Positions 37,131 through 50,100 of a stretch of DNA of 64,000 nucleotides are shown here, piece by piece; within the stretch, counting starts at the first letter, position 1; each line of letters opens with the position of its first letter. Made by a program: the position numbers and the translations under genes. The DNA comes from Isurus oxyrinchus (taxonomy: Eukaryota), in assembly GCA_026770705.1 (NCBI GenBank), contig JANJGN010001481.1:62001-126000 (forward strand). Direction: 5' to 3'. Under the pieces are notes generated by a model, which ran no database searches, was not told where the DNA came from, and saw nothing but the letters and a program-made list of their open reading frames with translations.

Positions 37131-38109
37131 AAGGGGGGAGTGGAAGGAGGGGGGACGGAGAAGGGGAGGGGGAGGGGGGAGGGAGTGGGGGCAGGGTGCA
37201 GTGAGTGGGAGAATGGGGAGAGTGAGTGGGGGCAGTGGGAGGGAGGGTGAGTGGTTGGAGGGGGTAGCAGGGACTGGGGGGTGGGGGAGGGGTGTGGGGG
37301 TATTGGGGGCAGTGGGGGGGTGGGGTGAGTGGGGAGGGGGGAGTGGGGAGTGGGGGAGGGAGTGGGGGGTGTAGAGAGAGAGAGAGAGGTTGCTAGTTTC
37401 CCTCCAGCCTGTGTATGAAGATTTGCTTCACACAAACCTCCCCGAAAGGACTTGCGCTTCTTATTTGAAGTGTTAACGCGCCAGCTTATATCTCATTTGG
37501 AAGGTGATTATTATTCTGGTTTGATTTGTTAATATTATTTTTGATTGGCCAGCTGGATTTTACCATTTCACAATGAGGTAATTTGGTAAAGGAGAGAGAG
37601 CGGTTAATGATGGATTCTTCATGGAGATTTGGAGCTGACCAGCTCACAGCCCTATCAGGACTGGCTCCTGGTTTCATGTCCGAGTCCCTGTGAACACCAG
37701 CAGCGCAGGGACAAGCCGCAGTGTCTGTGGGAACATTGGAAAAGCACAGATTAGGCACTGCTGGAATGAGATGAACTCTCAGAACAGTTTCAAATAGGTG
37801 CGATAGGCCGGGGGGAGGGGGCTGCCCTGTATAATCCGCCGCTTATTCCAGCCTCTTTGTTTTTATTGGTCTTCATTATGGAAAGGATTTGCTGTGGGAG
37901 GTAGGTTTGGACTTGTCATTCAGGACAGACTGAGAGGCGTTGGGACATTTTATCCACTGGGAAGGTTGCAGTAAAAACCACATAGATCGTCACCAATATC
38001 CAGGTGGTTGCAGCACCACCACTTACTGGAGTTTACAGAGGTTTTAGCTCCCAGTAGAACAGAGTGGGGATGTTTTTGAACAAGATCTACACCTGTTTGA
38101 GTCTCTGTG

Positions 38110-39039
38110 TTCACTCGCAGCGCAGTAATAAACCGCAGGGTCAGTCAGCTCCACGCTCAGTATTTTCAGGCTGCACAACTTAATCTCGGGTCTGGTCACA
38201 TTAAACCTCTGCTTGAACCCCTCTTCAGGCCTGGGCTCTGAGGTACCCACCGAGGTGACCATGAGCTGCAGCCCTGCTCCGGGGTGCTGCCGATACCAGT
38301 ACATGTCGGTCGCGCTGGTATCGTTCTGGTAACAGCCCATCTCCACCGTGTCCCCCTCTCTAACGGACAGACGGCTCGGCCACTGGGAAACCAGGGCGCT
38401 CCTGCAGGAGGCTGAGGAGGGAGGTGAGAGACAGAGCGGATCAGAAATGAACTGGCACCATCAGGAGGTGGAGAAAGCTATTGTCGAATCTCACAGCGCA
38501 GCTCTCGGTCGCTCAGCTCCCTTCACCCAGAAACAGAACCATAATGTCTGGGTGCCCAGTGTCGCCCCAGCTCAGTGGTAGCGGCGCTCTCTGGAGATAC
38601 TTGTCCTGGGTGCAGATTTGTGTGCAATACTCCTGCCCAGCAGCTTCCCATACCCCACACCGCTAACTCTGCCGCGTTCGCCGCGCCCCACACACTTTAA
38701 CTCTCCAGTGAGACGGACTCTTCCTGCTCAGTGAGGCTGCTCACCTCCCCAGCTCGGCTGCCAAGGGGCTTTGCATTTGTATGTAGTCCTATCCCCTTTC
38801 CCTCAACCCTTTGTCCAGCAGATATTCCCCGCCCGTCTATTGTTCCCAGTTACTTTGGCAGAATGCAACTTCCGCACTATGACTGGCAACACCGAGCTCA
38901 ACAATATCCAATTCTACAAATGATCCAACTGAATGAATTGTCGCTTCAGCAACAGGAAGCCCATTCCCCCTTACAAATATTCATTGTAACCTGGTAGCAG
39001 CAGCAGCAACAGTGCAGAGAGATTCACTGTCCAGCCCAT
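38110..39039 (-). CDS. TCR V gene segment V6, type A (leader 38991-39039, V exon 38110-38411)
   Basis: Intact. CDR1 TSATD, CDR2 GTSEPRP, HV4 FNVTRPEIKL, 23-RSS. Confidence 0.92.
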
Positions 39040-40288
39040 GATGCGGGACTTTCACACGCTCTCTCAAACTCGCAGCTCCGCCCGCTTTCACAGACTGGAG
39101 TTATACTGCCGCTGCGCCTCGTGATATGGCTGCGTGCGGAAGTGATGTCATTGGAAGCTCACTCAACAGGACAGGTCCTTGCTGACCAAAGCACAGCAGG
39201 TGGCCCTTCCGTAGCCGGCCAGGTGAGAAGGATGAATATCCAGCTCTGACTGCCATGTGGAAATTGGATCCATGGCCGGAATTTACTCAGGGGCTTTTGT
39301 TTCCTTATTTGTTCCCGGGATGTGGCCTTCACTGGCCCAGCCCAGCAATTATAGCCCGTTCCTAACTGGGAAGGAATGTTCCAGTCAAAGCGCCCTAGGA
39401 AGGTCCTGCCTCGGTTGTTGAATGTCGCCCCGCCTTTCGCTTGGCTGTGGAAGTGGCTTCATATCATGGAGGTCCAGAGAAAACCCCCTCCCCCATTGTC
39501 CCTCCAAACAAGGCAGATGACTCTTTCCTGCCTGGTCACTGGGTGGGGTTAACAATACAGGTGGTCAGGCTGCCTGGCAATGTGCATTGTGTTACAGATG
39601 ATTGGTTGCAAAGATTGGAACCAGTTGGCCGCATGTGGCCTGTGGAGAGATAGTTCATGTGGAAACCCTGTCCAATCCTCTCGAGTTGGTCTAATGTCTC
39701 CACTCGGCAGCTCAGGCTCTCTGCACAGGGAACTGACTTTGACGTCCCATAACAAGCTATTGCTCTTACCCGACAGTATAAGTAGCAGCGAGGAAACACG
39801 GACAGCCATTATTCAGCCAGATCAAGCTGAGTGCCGATCTGATAGATATGTTCCACATTAGGGCCATGGTTAGATTTGGGACTGAAGCTTTTCCCCTTGA
39901 CATTAATCTAAGGGAACGGGGGTCGCCGATTAAAGTGGATTCATAAACGGCCGACAGGGGAGATTCAGGTGATTTTTAATTCTAACTGATTGTGTTATTA
40001 AGAGGTTACAGGAAGCAGATACAGCGGGAACTTTGAGAAGAGATTTGAATGGAACATTATTTCCCTGTCGCTTTGAGGGAATGGAATTACTGAGAAGGGA
40101 TATGAAGCAGTTTGAACTGAACACTGTCCCCGTGTTAACCTTCACCTTTCACTCGAGCTAATTCCCTCCACTTTGGGAGGTGCTGAGTTTGGGGTTCCGA
40201 ACTGTTGAGAAGCTGAGACATTGTTCTAGCCAGTCACAATCTTGTGGGAAATCGGACACCCTTCATCAATGATCTGGTGACTTTTACC

Positions 40289-43200
40289 AGATCCCCAGAG
40301 GAGATGAGGTCAGTAACAGTCCTGGAAACAATGGCTTGATGTTCAGTGGTGGGGTCATGGTCCAGGGAGAGGTAGGAGGAAGTGTCTGCGAGTTGACGCT
40401 CAGCCTCCGTGAGGTAGAGGTCAGTGCACCAGACAACAACAGCACCACCCTTGTCAGCGGGTTTGATGACAATGTCAGGGTTGGACCTGAGAGAATGGAG
40501 TGCAGTAAGTTCAGAGAGAGACAGGTTAGAATGGGTGAGAGGAGCAGAGACATTGAGACGACTAATGTCGCGCCGACTGTTCTCAATGAAAAGATCGAGA
40601 GAAGGTAAGAATCCAGAGGGAGGGGTCCAGGTGGAGGGAGAATATTGGAGATGGGTAAAAGGATCTGTTGAACTGGGAGAGGACTCCTGCCCAATGAAGT
40701 GAGCCCAGAGACGAAGACGGCGGAAGAAGAGTTCAGTATCATGCCGAGCCTGAAATTCATTGAGGCGAGGGCGTAAGGGTATGAAACTAAGTCCTTTGCT
40801 GAGCACTGAACGTTCAGCATCGGAGAGGGGAAGGTCAGGGGGTATAGTGAATACACGGCCGGGGCTGGGATTGGAAGATGGGGTGGGGACGGAGGGACAG
40901 GCAGGGGTGGAGGGTCCTAGATGGCTGTGGGTGTCGATGAGTTGTTGGAGCTTGCGTTCCTTAGCACTTGAGAGAAAGAGAAAAAGTTTCTTGTTGAGGC
41001 ATCGGATAGGACGAAGTATAAAATGAAACTGGGGGCACGCGCAGCTTTGAAAAAGGGTACGGCGGTGCTGCTGGAGGGAGAGGTCGAGTGTGTTCATATG
41101 GCGGCGCATGGCACTGAGTGTGGATTCCAGAATGTGATGGGAACACCAGTCCGAGAAACGTTTTATGTCCCAGAAATATCTCCAATCCTGGGTGGGTTCG
41201 AAACCATGAGAGGTGGAATTTCAATTGAAATCCACGTGGGGTAATTCGGAGACGGAGACAGTCACTGAGAAAGGAGATATGGCTGTGAAAGCGGGTTTTA
41301 GTAAACACCTTGTCAAACACCAGGTGAAAAATGGAAAGCAATGGAGGTGAACAAGGCAAAAGAGAGATATGGACATCGTGTCGCAGAGACGAACAGAACT
41401 TCTTCAAGGAGGTAGGCATTTCTGGAAGAGCAGGGGCAGTCAATTAATCACAGATAAAAACAAAAAACTGCGGATGCTGGAAATCCAAAACAAGAACAGA
41501 ATTACCTGGAAAAACTCAGCAGGTCTGGCAGGATCAGCAGAGAAGAAAAGAATTGATGTTTCGAGTCCTCATGACCCTTCGACAGAACTAGGTGAATCCA
41601 AGGAAGGGGTGAAATATCAGCTGGTTTAAGGTGGGGGTGGGGTGGGGGTGAGAAGTGGAGGGGGGTGGTGTGGTTGTAGGGACAAACAAGCAGTGATAGA
41701 AGCAGATCAACAAAAGATGTCACAGACAACAGAACAAAAGAACACATAGGTGTTAAAGTTGGTGATATTATCTAAACGAATGTGCTAATTAAGAATGGAT
41801 GGTAGGGCACTCAAGGTACAGCTCTAGTGGGGGTGGGGGAGCATAAAAGATTTAAAAATATTTAAAAATAATGGAAATAGCTGGTAAAAAGACAAATCTA
41901 TATAATTTATTGGGAAAAAAAATGAAGGGGGAAGAAACAGAAAGGGGGTGGGGATAGAGGAGGGAGTTCATGACCTAAAGTTGTTGAATTCAATATTCAG
42001 ACCGGAAGGCTGTAAAGTGCCTAGTCGGAAGATGAGGTGTTGTTCCTCCAGTTTGCGTTGGGCTTCACTGGAACAATGCAGCAAGCCAAGGACAGACATG
42101 TGGGCAAGAGAGCAGGGTGGAGTGTTAAAATGGCAAGCGGCAGGGAGGTTTGGGTCATTCTTGCAGACAGACCACAGGTGTTCTGCAAAGCGGTCGCCCA
42201 GTTTACGTTTGGTCTCTCCAATGTAGAGGAGACCACATTGGGAACAACGAATGCAGTAGACTAAGTTGGGGGAAATGCAAGTGAAATGCTGCTTCACTTG
42301 AAAGGAATGTTTGGGCCCTTGGACGGTGAGGAGAGAGGAAGTGAAGGGGCAGGTGTTACATCTTTTGTGTGGGCATGGGGTGGTGCCATAGGAGGGGGTT
42401 GAGGAGTAGGGGGTGATGGAGGAGTGGACCAGGGTGTCCCGGAGGGAACGATCCCTGCGGAATGCCACCGTGGGAGTGAAAGTGAAGATGTGTTTGGTGG
42501 TGGCATCATGCTGGAGTTGGCGGAAATGGCAGAAGATGATCCTTTGAATGTGGAGTCTGGTGGTGTGATAAGTGAGGACAAGGGGGACCCTATCATGTTT
42601 CTGGGAGGGAGGAGAAGGCGTGAGGGCGGATGCGCGGGAGATGGGCCGGACACGGTTGAGGGCCCTTTCAACGACCGTGGGTGGAAAACCTCGGTTAAGG
42701 AAGAAGGAGGACATGTCAGAGGAACCGTTTTGGAAGGTAGCATCATCGGAACAGATGCAACGGAGGCGAAGGAACTGGGAGAATGGGATGGAGTCCTTAC
42801 AGGAAGCAGGGTGTGAGGAGCTGTAGTCAAGGTAGCTGTGGGAGTCGGTAGGTTTCTAATGGATATTGGTGGACAGTCTATGACCAGAGATTGAGACAGA
42901 GAGGTCAAGGAAGGGAAAGGAAGTGTCAGAGATGGACCACGTGAAAATGATGGAGGGATGGAGACTGGAAGCAAAATTAATAAATCTTTCCAAGTCCCGA
43001 CGAGAGCATGAAGCGGCACCGAAGTAATCATCGATGTACCGGAGAAAGAGTTGTGGAAGGGGGCCGGAGTTGGACTGGAACAAGGAATGTTCCACATACC
43101 CCATAAAGAGACAGGCATAGCTGGGGCCCATGCGGGTACCCATAGCCACACCTTTTATTTGGAGGAAGTGAGAGGAGTTGAAGGAGAAATTGTTCAGCGT

Positions 43201-43767
43201 GAGAACAAGTTCAGCCAGACGGAGGAGAGTAGTGGTGGATGGGGATTGTTCGGGCCTCTGTTCGAGGAAGAAGCTAAGGGCCCTCAGACCATCCTGGTGG
43301 GGGATGGAGGTGTAGAGGGATTGGACGTCCATGGTGAAGAGGAAGCGGTTGGGGCCAGGGAACTGGAAATTGTTGATGTGACATAAGGTGTCAGAGGAAT
43401 CACGGATGTAGGTGGGAAGGGACTGGACAAGGGGAGAGAGAAGGGAGTCAAGATAACGAGAAATGAGTTCTCTGGGGCAGGAGCAAGCTGAGACGATCGG
43501 TCTACCGGGGCAGTTCTGTTTGTGGATTTTGGGTAGGAGATAGAAGCGGGCCGTCCGAGGTTGGGCGACTATCAGGTTGGAAGCTGTGGGAGGAAGATCC
43601 CCAGAGGAGATGAGGTCAGTGACGGTCCTGGAAACAATGGCTTGATGTTCAGTGGTGGGGTCATGGTCCAGGGAGAGGTAGGAGGAAGTGTCTGCGAGTT
43701 GACGCTCAGCCTCTGTGAGGTAGAGGTCAGTGCGCCAGACAACAACAGCACCACCCATGTCAGCGGG
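40289..43767 (-). mobile_element. Circularly permuted Penelope-like element P4 (sister copy of P1)
   Basis: ORFs at 42856-43758, 41968-42714 and 40234-41109. Shares the STNIH-stop with P1. Confidence 0.93.
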
Positions 43768-44694
43768 AAGGGGGGAGTGGAAGGAGGGGGGAAGGAGAAG
43801 GGGAGGGGGGAGGGAGTGGGGGAAGGGTGCAGTGAGTGGGGGAATGGGGGGAGTGAGTGGGGGCAGTGGGAGGGAGCGTGAGTGGTTGGAGGGGGTAGGG
43901 GGGACAGGGGGTGGGGGGGTGGTATTGGGGGCAGAGGGGGGTGAGGAAGTGGTGGGTGTAGAGAGAGAGAGTTTGCTAGTTTCCCTCCAGCCTGTGTATG
44001 AAGATTTGCTTCACACAAACCTCCCCGAAAGGACTTGCGCTTCTTATTTGAAGTGTTAACGCGCCAGCTTATATCTCATTTGGAAGGTGATTATTATTCA
44101 GGTTGGATTTGTTAATATTATTTTTGATTGGCCAGCTGGATTTTACCATTTCACAATGAGGTAACTTGGTAAAGGAGAGAGAGCGGTTAATGATGGATTC
44201 TTCATGGAGATTTGGAGCTGACCAGCTCACAGCCCTATCAGGACTGGCTCCTGGTTTCATGTCCGAGTCCCTGTGAACACCAGCAGCGCAGGGACAAGCC
44301 GCAGTGTCTGTGGGAACATTGGAAAAGCACAGATTAGGCACTGCTGGAATGAGATGAAGCCTCAGAACAGTTTCAAATAGGTGCGATAGGCCGGGGGGGG
44401 AGGGGGCTGCCCTGTATAATCCGCCGCTTATTCCAGCCTCTTTGTTTTTATTGGTCTTCATTATGGAAAGGATTTGCTGTGGGAGGTAGGTTTGGACTTG
44501 TCATTCAGGTCAGACTGAAAGGCGTTGGGACATTTTATCCACTGGGAAGGTTGCAGTAAAAACCACATAGATCTTCACCAATATCCAGGTGGTTGCAGCA
44601 CCACCACTTACTGGAGTTTACAGAGGTTTTAGCTCCCAGTAGAACAGAGTGGGGATGTTTTTGAACAAGATCTACACCTGTTTGAGTCTCTGTG

Positions 44695-45492
44695 TTCACC
44701 AGCAGCGCAGTAATAAACCGCAGGGTCAGTCAGCTCCACGCTCAGTATTTTCAGGCTGCACCACTTGGTGTTGTGTCTTGTCACTTCAAACCTCTCCTTG
44801 AACCCCTCTTCAGGCCTGGGCTCTGAGGTACCCACCGAGGTGACCATGAGCTGCAGGCCTGCCCCGGGGTGCTGCTGATACCAGGACATGGAGCTGTCAC
44901 TGCTGTCGTTCTGGTAACAGCCCATCTCCACCATCTCCCCTTTTCCCACGGACAATCTCTTGGGCCACTGGGTAATGAGAGCGCTCCTGCAGACAGCTAC
45001 AGAGAAACACTTTTATACATTAAAAAACAAACCACAGACACATAGGGTCAAACATCAACTTTCTGGTGATGGGGCCGGTTCTGTACATTTTAAACCACCA
45101 GAATCCGTAGAATTGGATTGGGGAACCGTGCCCACCCATCTCTGGCGAGGCCATTTCCAATTAAACCCCCACTCCCGTGCCTTTACCGTCAGCCCGAGCA
45201 ATATTACCCCATTTGGAAATTTACCCCGTCCCTTGTGTGGGGCACAAGTTGCAGCTGCTTCCCCAGCCTCTCATGCAATGTATTCTCCAGACCACAGCCA
45301 CTCACTGCTTCAGTCAGTAAGGAACCTGCTCAATCTCTTCACTGACCGAAGCCTTTCTGCAGCTTCTAATGCTCCAAGAATTGAAGTTTCCCCCCAAAAG
45401 CAGGTTTAGAGCGGCCAGGGTTGGCCTACAAAGGATGAAAAGTAACCTGGGAGCAGCAGAAACATGAGGTACAGGAAAGCACTGTGCAGCAT
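44695..45492 (-). CDS. TCR V gene segment V7, type B, intact (leader 45447-45492, V exon 44695-44996)
   Basis: MLHSAFLYLMFLLLPAVCRS-ALITQWP...NDSSDSSMSWYQQ...DPAVYYCAAGE, 23-RSS. Confidence 0.9.
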
Positions 45493-45746
45493 GGTGCTGG
45501 AATCATGAACCACCCTGGGTCAATCCTTCTGCTCCATCCCAGCTCTCAGACAGACACACTGCAGCTCCAAATCCGCTGTCACACCTCTCGGGTTTGGGGG
45601 TGTGGAGACGACAACATTTCAGCAACACCCACAAGGTGTTTACTGGCCCGTTTCTTACCCGAGACAAACAGCCAAACCTTTTCCTGTCTGTGGATAGCAG
45701 AATGATAAGTACATGGCGTTGTCTGGCACGGTGCAGGACATTGCAT

Positions 45747-47125
45747 GCAGTCAGAGGGGCAGTACTGAGTGGGTGCTGCACTGTCAGAGGGTCAGTACTG
45801 AGGGAGTGCTGCACTGTCGGAGGGGCAGTACTGAGAGGGTGCTGCACTGTCGGAGGGTTAGTACTGAGGTAGTGCTGCACTGTCGGAGGGTCAGTACTGA
45901 GAGGGTGCTGCACAGTCGGAGGGACAGTACTGAGGGAGTGCTGCACAGTCGGATGGTCAGTGCTGAGGGAGTGCTGCACTGTCAGAGGGTCAGTACAGAG
46001 GGAGTGCTGCACTGTCAGAGGGTCAGTACTGAGGGAGTGCTGCACTGTCAGAGGGTCAGTAATGAGGGTGTACCGCACTGTCAGAGGGTCAGTACTGAGG
46101 GAATGCTGCACTGTCAGAGGGTCAGTACTGAGGGAGTGCTGCACTGTCAGAGGGTAAGTACTGAGTGAGTGCTGCACTGTTTGAGGGTCAGTACTGAGCG
46201 AGTGCTGCACTGTCAGAGGGTCAGTACTGAGGGAGTGCAGCACTGTCGGAGGGTCATTACTGAGGGAGTGCTGCACTGTCGGAAGGTCAGTTCTGAGGGA
46301 GTGCTGCACGGTCAGAGGGTCAGCACTGAGGGCGTACTTCACTTTCAGAGGGTCAGCACTGAGGGAGTGCTGCACTGTCAGAGGGTCAGTACTGGGGGAG
46401 TGCTGCACTGTCGGAGGGTCAGTACTGATGGAGTGCTGCACTGTCAGCGGATTAGCACTGAGAGAGTGCTGCACTCTCGGAGGGTCAGTACTGAGGGAGC
46501 CCTGCACTGTCAGAGGGTCTGCACTGATGGAGTGCTGCACTGTCAGAGGGTTTGCACTGAGGGAGTGCTGCACTGTCAGAGGGTCTGCACTGAGGGAGTG
46601 CTGCACTGTCAGAGGGTCAGTACTGAGGGAGTACTGCACTGTCAGAGGGTCAGTACTGAGGGAGTGCTGCACTGTCGGAGGGTCAGCACTGAGGGAGTGC
46701 TGCACTGTCAGAGGGTCAGCACTGAGGGAGTGCTGCACTGTCGGAGTGTCAGCACTGAGGGAGTGCTGCACTGTCAGAGGGTCAGTAATGAGGGTGTACC
46801 GCACTGTCGGAGGGTCAGTACTGAGGGAGTGCTGCACTGTCGGAGTGTCAGTACTGAGGGAGTGCTGCACTGTCAGATGGTCAGCACTGAGGGAGTGCTG
46901 CACTGTTGGAGGGTCAGTACTGAGGGAGTGCAGCACTGTCGGAGGGTTAGCACTGAGGGAGTGCTGCACTGTCGGAGTGTCAGCACTGAGGGAGTGCTGC
47001 ACTGTCAGAGGGTCAGTACTGAGGGAGTGCTGCACTGTCGGAGTGTCAGCACTGAGGGAGTGCTGCACTGTCAGAGGGTCAGCACTGAGGGAGTGCTGCA
47101 CTGTCAGAGGCTCAGCACTGAGACA
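45747..47125. repeat. 33-bp minisatellite (~42 units)
   Basis: Same unit as 24378-25755, with a different order of variant units. Confidence 0.95.
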
Positions 47126-50100
47126 GTGCTGTGTGATGAAATGGTCAGCATCGAAGGGGTTTTCCAATGTTGCAGAGTTCATACTGAGGTTCCGCTGTAT
47201 TCCGTGAATCTATAATGTGGAGATGCTGCACTCTCCAATGTACTGAGTGAACCCTACACTGTCTTCCGACTGCCACGTGAAGCAGATCTTCCAGAATCGA
47301 AGCAACGTAGAAATGATGTGGGGCATACGCTGTTGAAGAGGCAAAAGGAGAGTACAGACAAAAGATACAAGACAAGAGATCCCAAATAACTAAGGAGCAA
47401 TGCAAGAGGAGCCAAGGGCAGGGACAGTGGTTGCAGCCATGCTCCTGGCTGAGTTTTAATGACAAAATAATGAAAACCTCCAGCCAAAAAAGCAAACAAA
47501 TAACATGAAAACAAAGATCCGAGGCAACAGAAACAAGAGGACGAAATGGTGGGGGTGGGGCTTTCATAATCTGCAGCTGTTGAATTCAGAGCTGAGCCTG
47601 AGGTGCGGTGAAAGGCCTGGTGCTGAGGCTGGGCCAGTTGCCTTTGGAAGGGGACAGGGTGCCACAGGAGTTAGAGGAGTCGGCCAGGGTGCTGCAGAGT
47701 GAACGCTGATAGAGAAGCGGAGGTCAAGTTGTGTTTGGCTTAAGGGCTGTGCTGAGGCTGGTTGAAATGGGTCAAGGTGTTGACTTGAATGTGAATTCTA
47801 ATGGGTTGGGGAGTGAGGAGGACAGAAATCTGGCCACAGTTCTCGGGGAGAGAGGGAAAGGATTAAGAGTACATGTGTGTGAAATGGGTCAGGCATGAGT
47901 GAGAGCCTCCTCAAATGCAGTGAGTCAGGAGCGATCCTCGGTTGAGGAAAAGGAAGACATATGTGAAGCAATGTTGTGGAAGGTTGCAGAGTCGGAAATG
48001 ATGCAAGCGAGACAGGAAAGGGGAGAATCGATTGGAGCCCTTACAGTAGGATGTGTGTGAGGAAGTGCAGCCACAGTCAGTGAAGATGTGGAAGTGTGCG
48101 GGCCCTTGGTGATTATTAGTAGGTTGACTACCCCCCCGAAATGGAGGCATAGAAGGTGAGGAAGTGAAGTGAATTGTGGAAAGTGAAGTCGATGGAGGGC
48201 TGGAAACTGGAAGGAAAGCTGATGAAGGATTCTGGTTCTGCATGAGGGCAGGAAACACCATCGATGTGTACTTTGTGGGGGGGGTGGGGGGTAACAGCCT
48301 AGGTAGGAGGCAGAGTAGGGCTGGAAAAGGGAACGTCCCACATAACCCACAAAGAGACAGGTATAATTGGGATTTACCATAACAACACCTTTTATTTCGA
48401 GGAAGTGAGATGTACTAATGGAGGCAATGCTCAATTCCAGAACAAGTTCAGCCAAGGTTCTGATCTCAATCCTTTCCCTCTCTCCAAAAACCACGACCCC
48501 TGATTTCCATTCTCCCTGCTTCCCAACCCACTCGATTTCATATTCAAAGGAACGTCTTGGGCCAGCGCTGTTGAAAGCGGAGTGATTGAGTCGCTGTCCA
48601 AGGGAGAATCAGAGAGCACTCTGACCATTCTGGTAGGATATTGAGGTGTAGAGGTATTGGATGCCCACAGTGGACAGGTGGCCTCGAAGACCTTCGTATT
48701 GTTCAAGTCACATAGGGGCCATCACAAGAGGCACGGATGTGGGTGGGGAGAGGCTGGACAAGTGGAGAAAAGATTGAGTGAATATAGGAAGCAGTAAGTT
48801 CAGTTCTGCAGGAGCAGGCTGAAGATGGGGCTACCAGGGGAGTCCTGTTTGTGGATTATAGAAAGGAGATGGAAGTGAGCTGTTGGGCATTGGCCAACTA
48901 TGAGTTGCAAAGCTGTGGAGGAAAGGCCTCCAGTGGAACTAAAGTCAGCAGCAGTGCTGAAAGCAATGGCTTGATGCTCCGTGGTGGGGTCATGGTTCAG
49001 AGGAGCTAGGAAGGAGTGCCTGAGAGCTGACATTCATCCTCTGCATGTAGAGGTCTGTACAGCGTACACCGATAGCAGCAACTTCTCAGCAGTTCTGATA
49101 GAAAGATTATTGAACATTATTCTCACCAGACGTAGAAGCCACAGTGCAGAATGTGCTACACATCACTGCATGGTGTGTACTACATTGAGGATGTTACCCT
49201 GCTAGCTTTTTCATTCAAAGCAGAAACCCCCCTTCATATCACCGCCAACCATACCTGCCCACCCAGATTTCTTAAAACAAGAATCACGGTGTTGCAACTG
49301 GAGTGAGCTGGTTCTCTCCAGCGTTCCCACACAGAGCGCCCAAGTGAAATGGAATAGATCCCCAGTCACCATGCACACTCTCAACACATGGGGCGCTAGA
49401 GCAGGAAACGGCTGACTGGTGGAAACTGAAGACACTGCGGGGAAACCTGTCATTGAAGCCAAGTGACCCAGAGGGACCCGAGCAAGAAACCTCTGAATGC
49501 ACCGGGAGACGCCAGAAACAAGTTCCAAGAGGCTGTCAGGGCGGTGCAGCCTAGATCTGACCAGAATGACTGCTGGTTACAACTCAGCCAGAACACCCAG
49601 GTGTCCTAACACATGGGGAATGGCAAGGGGCATACATGTCGCTATCAGAAAGGGAACAGGTCACTCGGTGAAGAAAGCTGCTCAATTCAAAAGAGAGGCG
49701 GGGGAGGTCATCACCGACGGCAATAAGCTGCTGGTGAGATGGTGTCACATTGGGTGGTACTCTAGGGAGAAGACTGTTACCGAGGAAGCGCCAGGCATCC
49801 GGCAGAGGTAGTGCTGGCCTATGAAGTTGCCATGCCACCATTGATAGCTCCTCATACCTAGGCTCCACAATCACCAGCAATCTGTCACTTCATGTCCAAA
49901 CCAGCACACACACTGCACAAGCTCTGACTGTGATGAAACAGTGTAAGATATTGTGAGGTAACATCAACCTTACCAAGAACTTTGTCAAAGCCGCATTGGC
50001 AGGCGTGCTCCAATCTACACAGTGAGACCTGAGCACCATGGGCTAGGCAGGAGGACAGGCTCTCTCAGGCGTCTTCTCAGTATCTCTCACCAGGGGCAAG

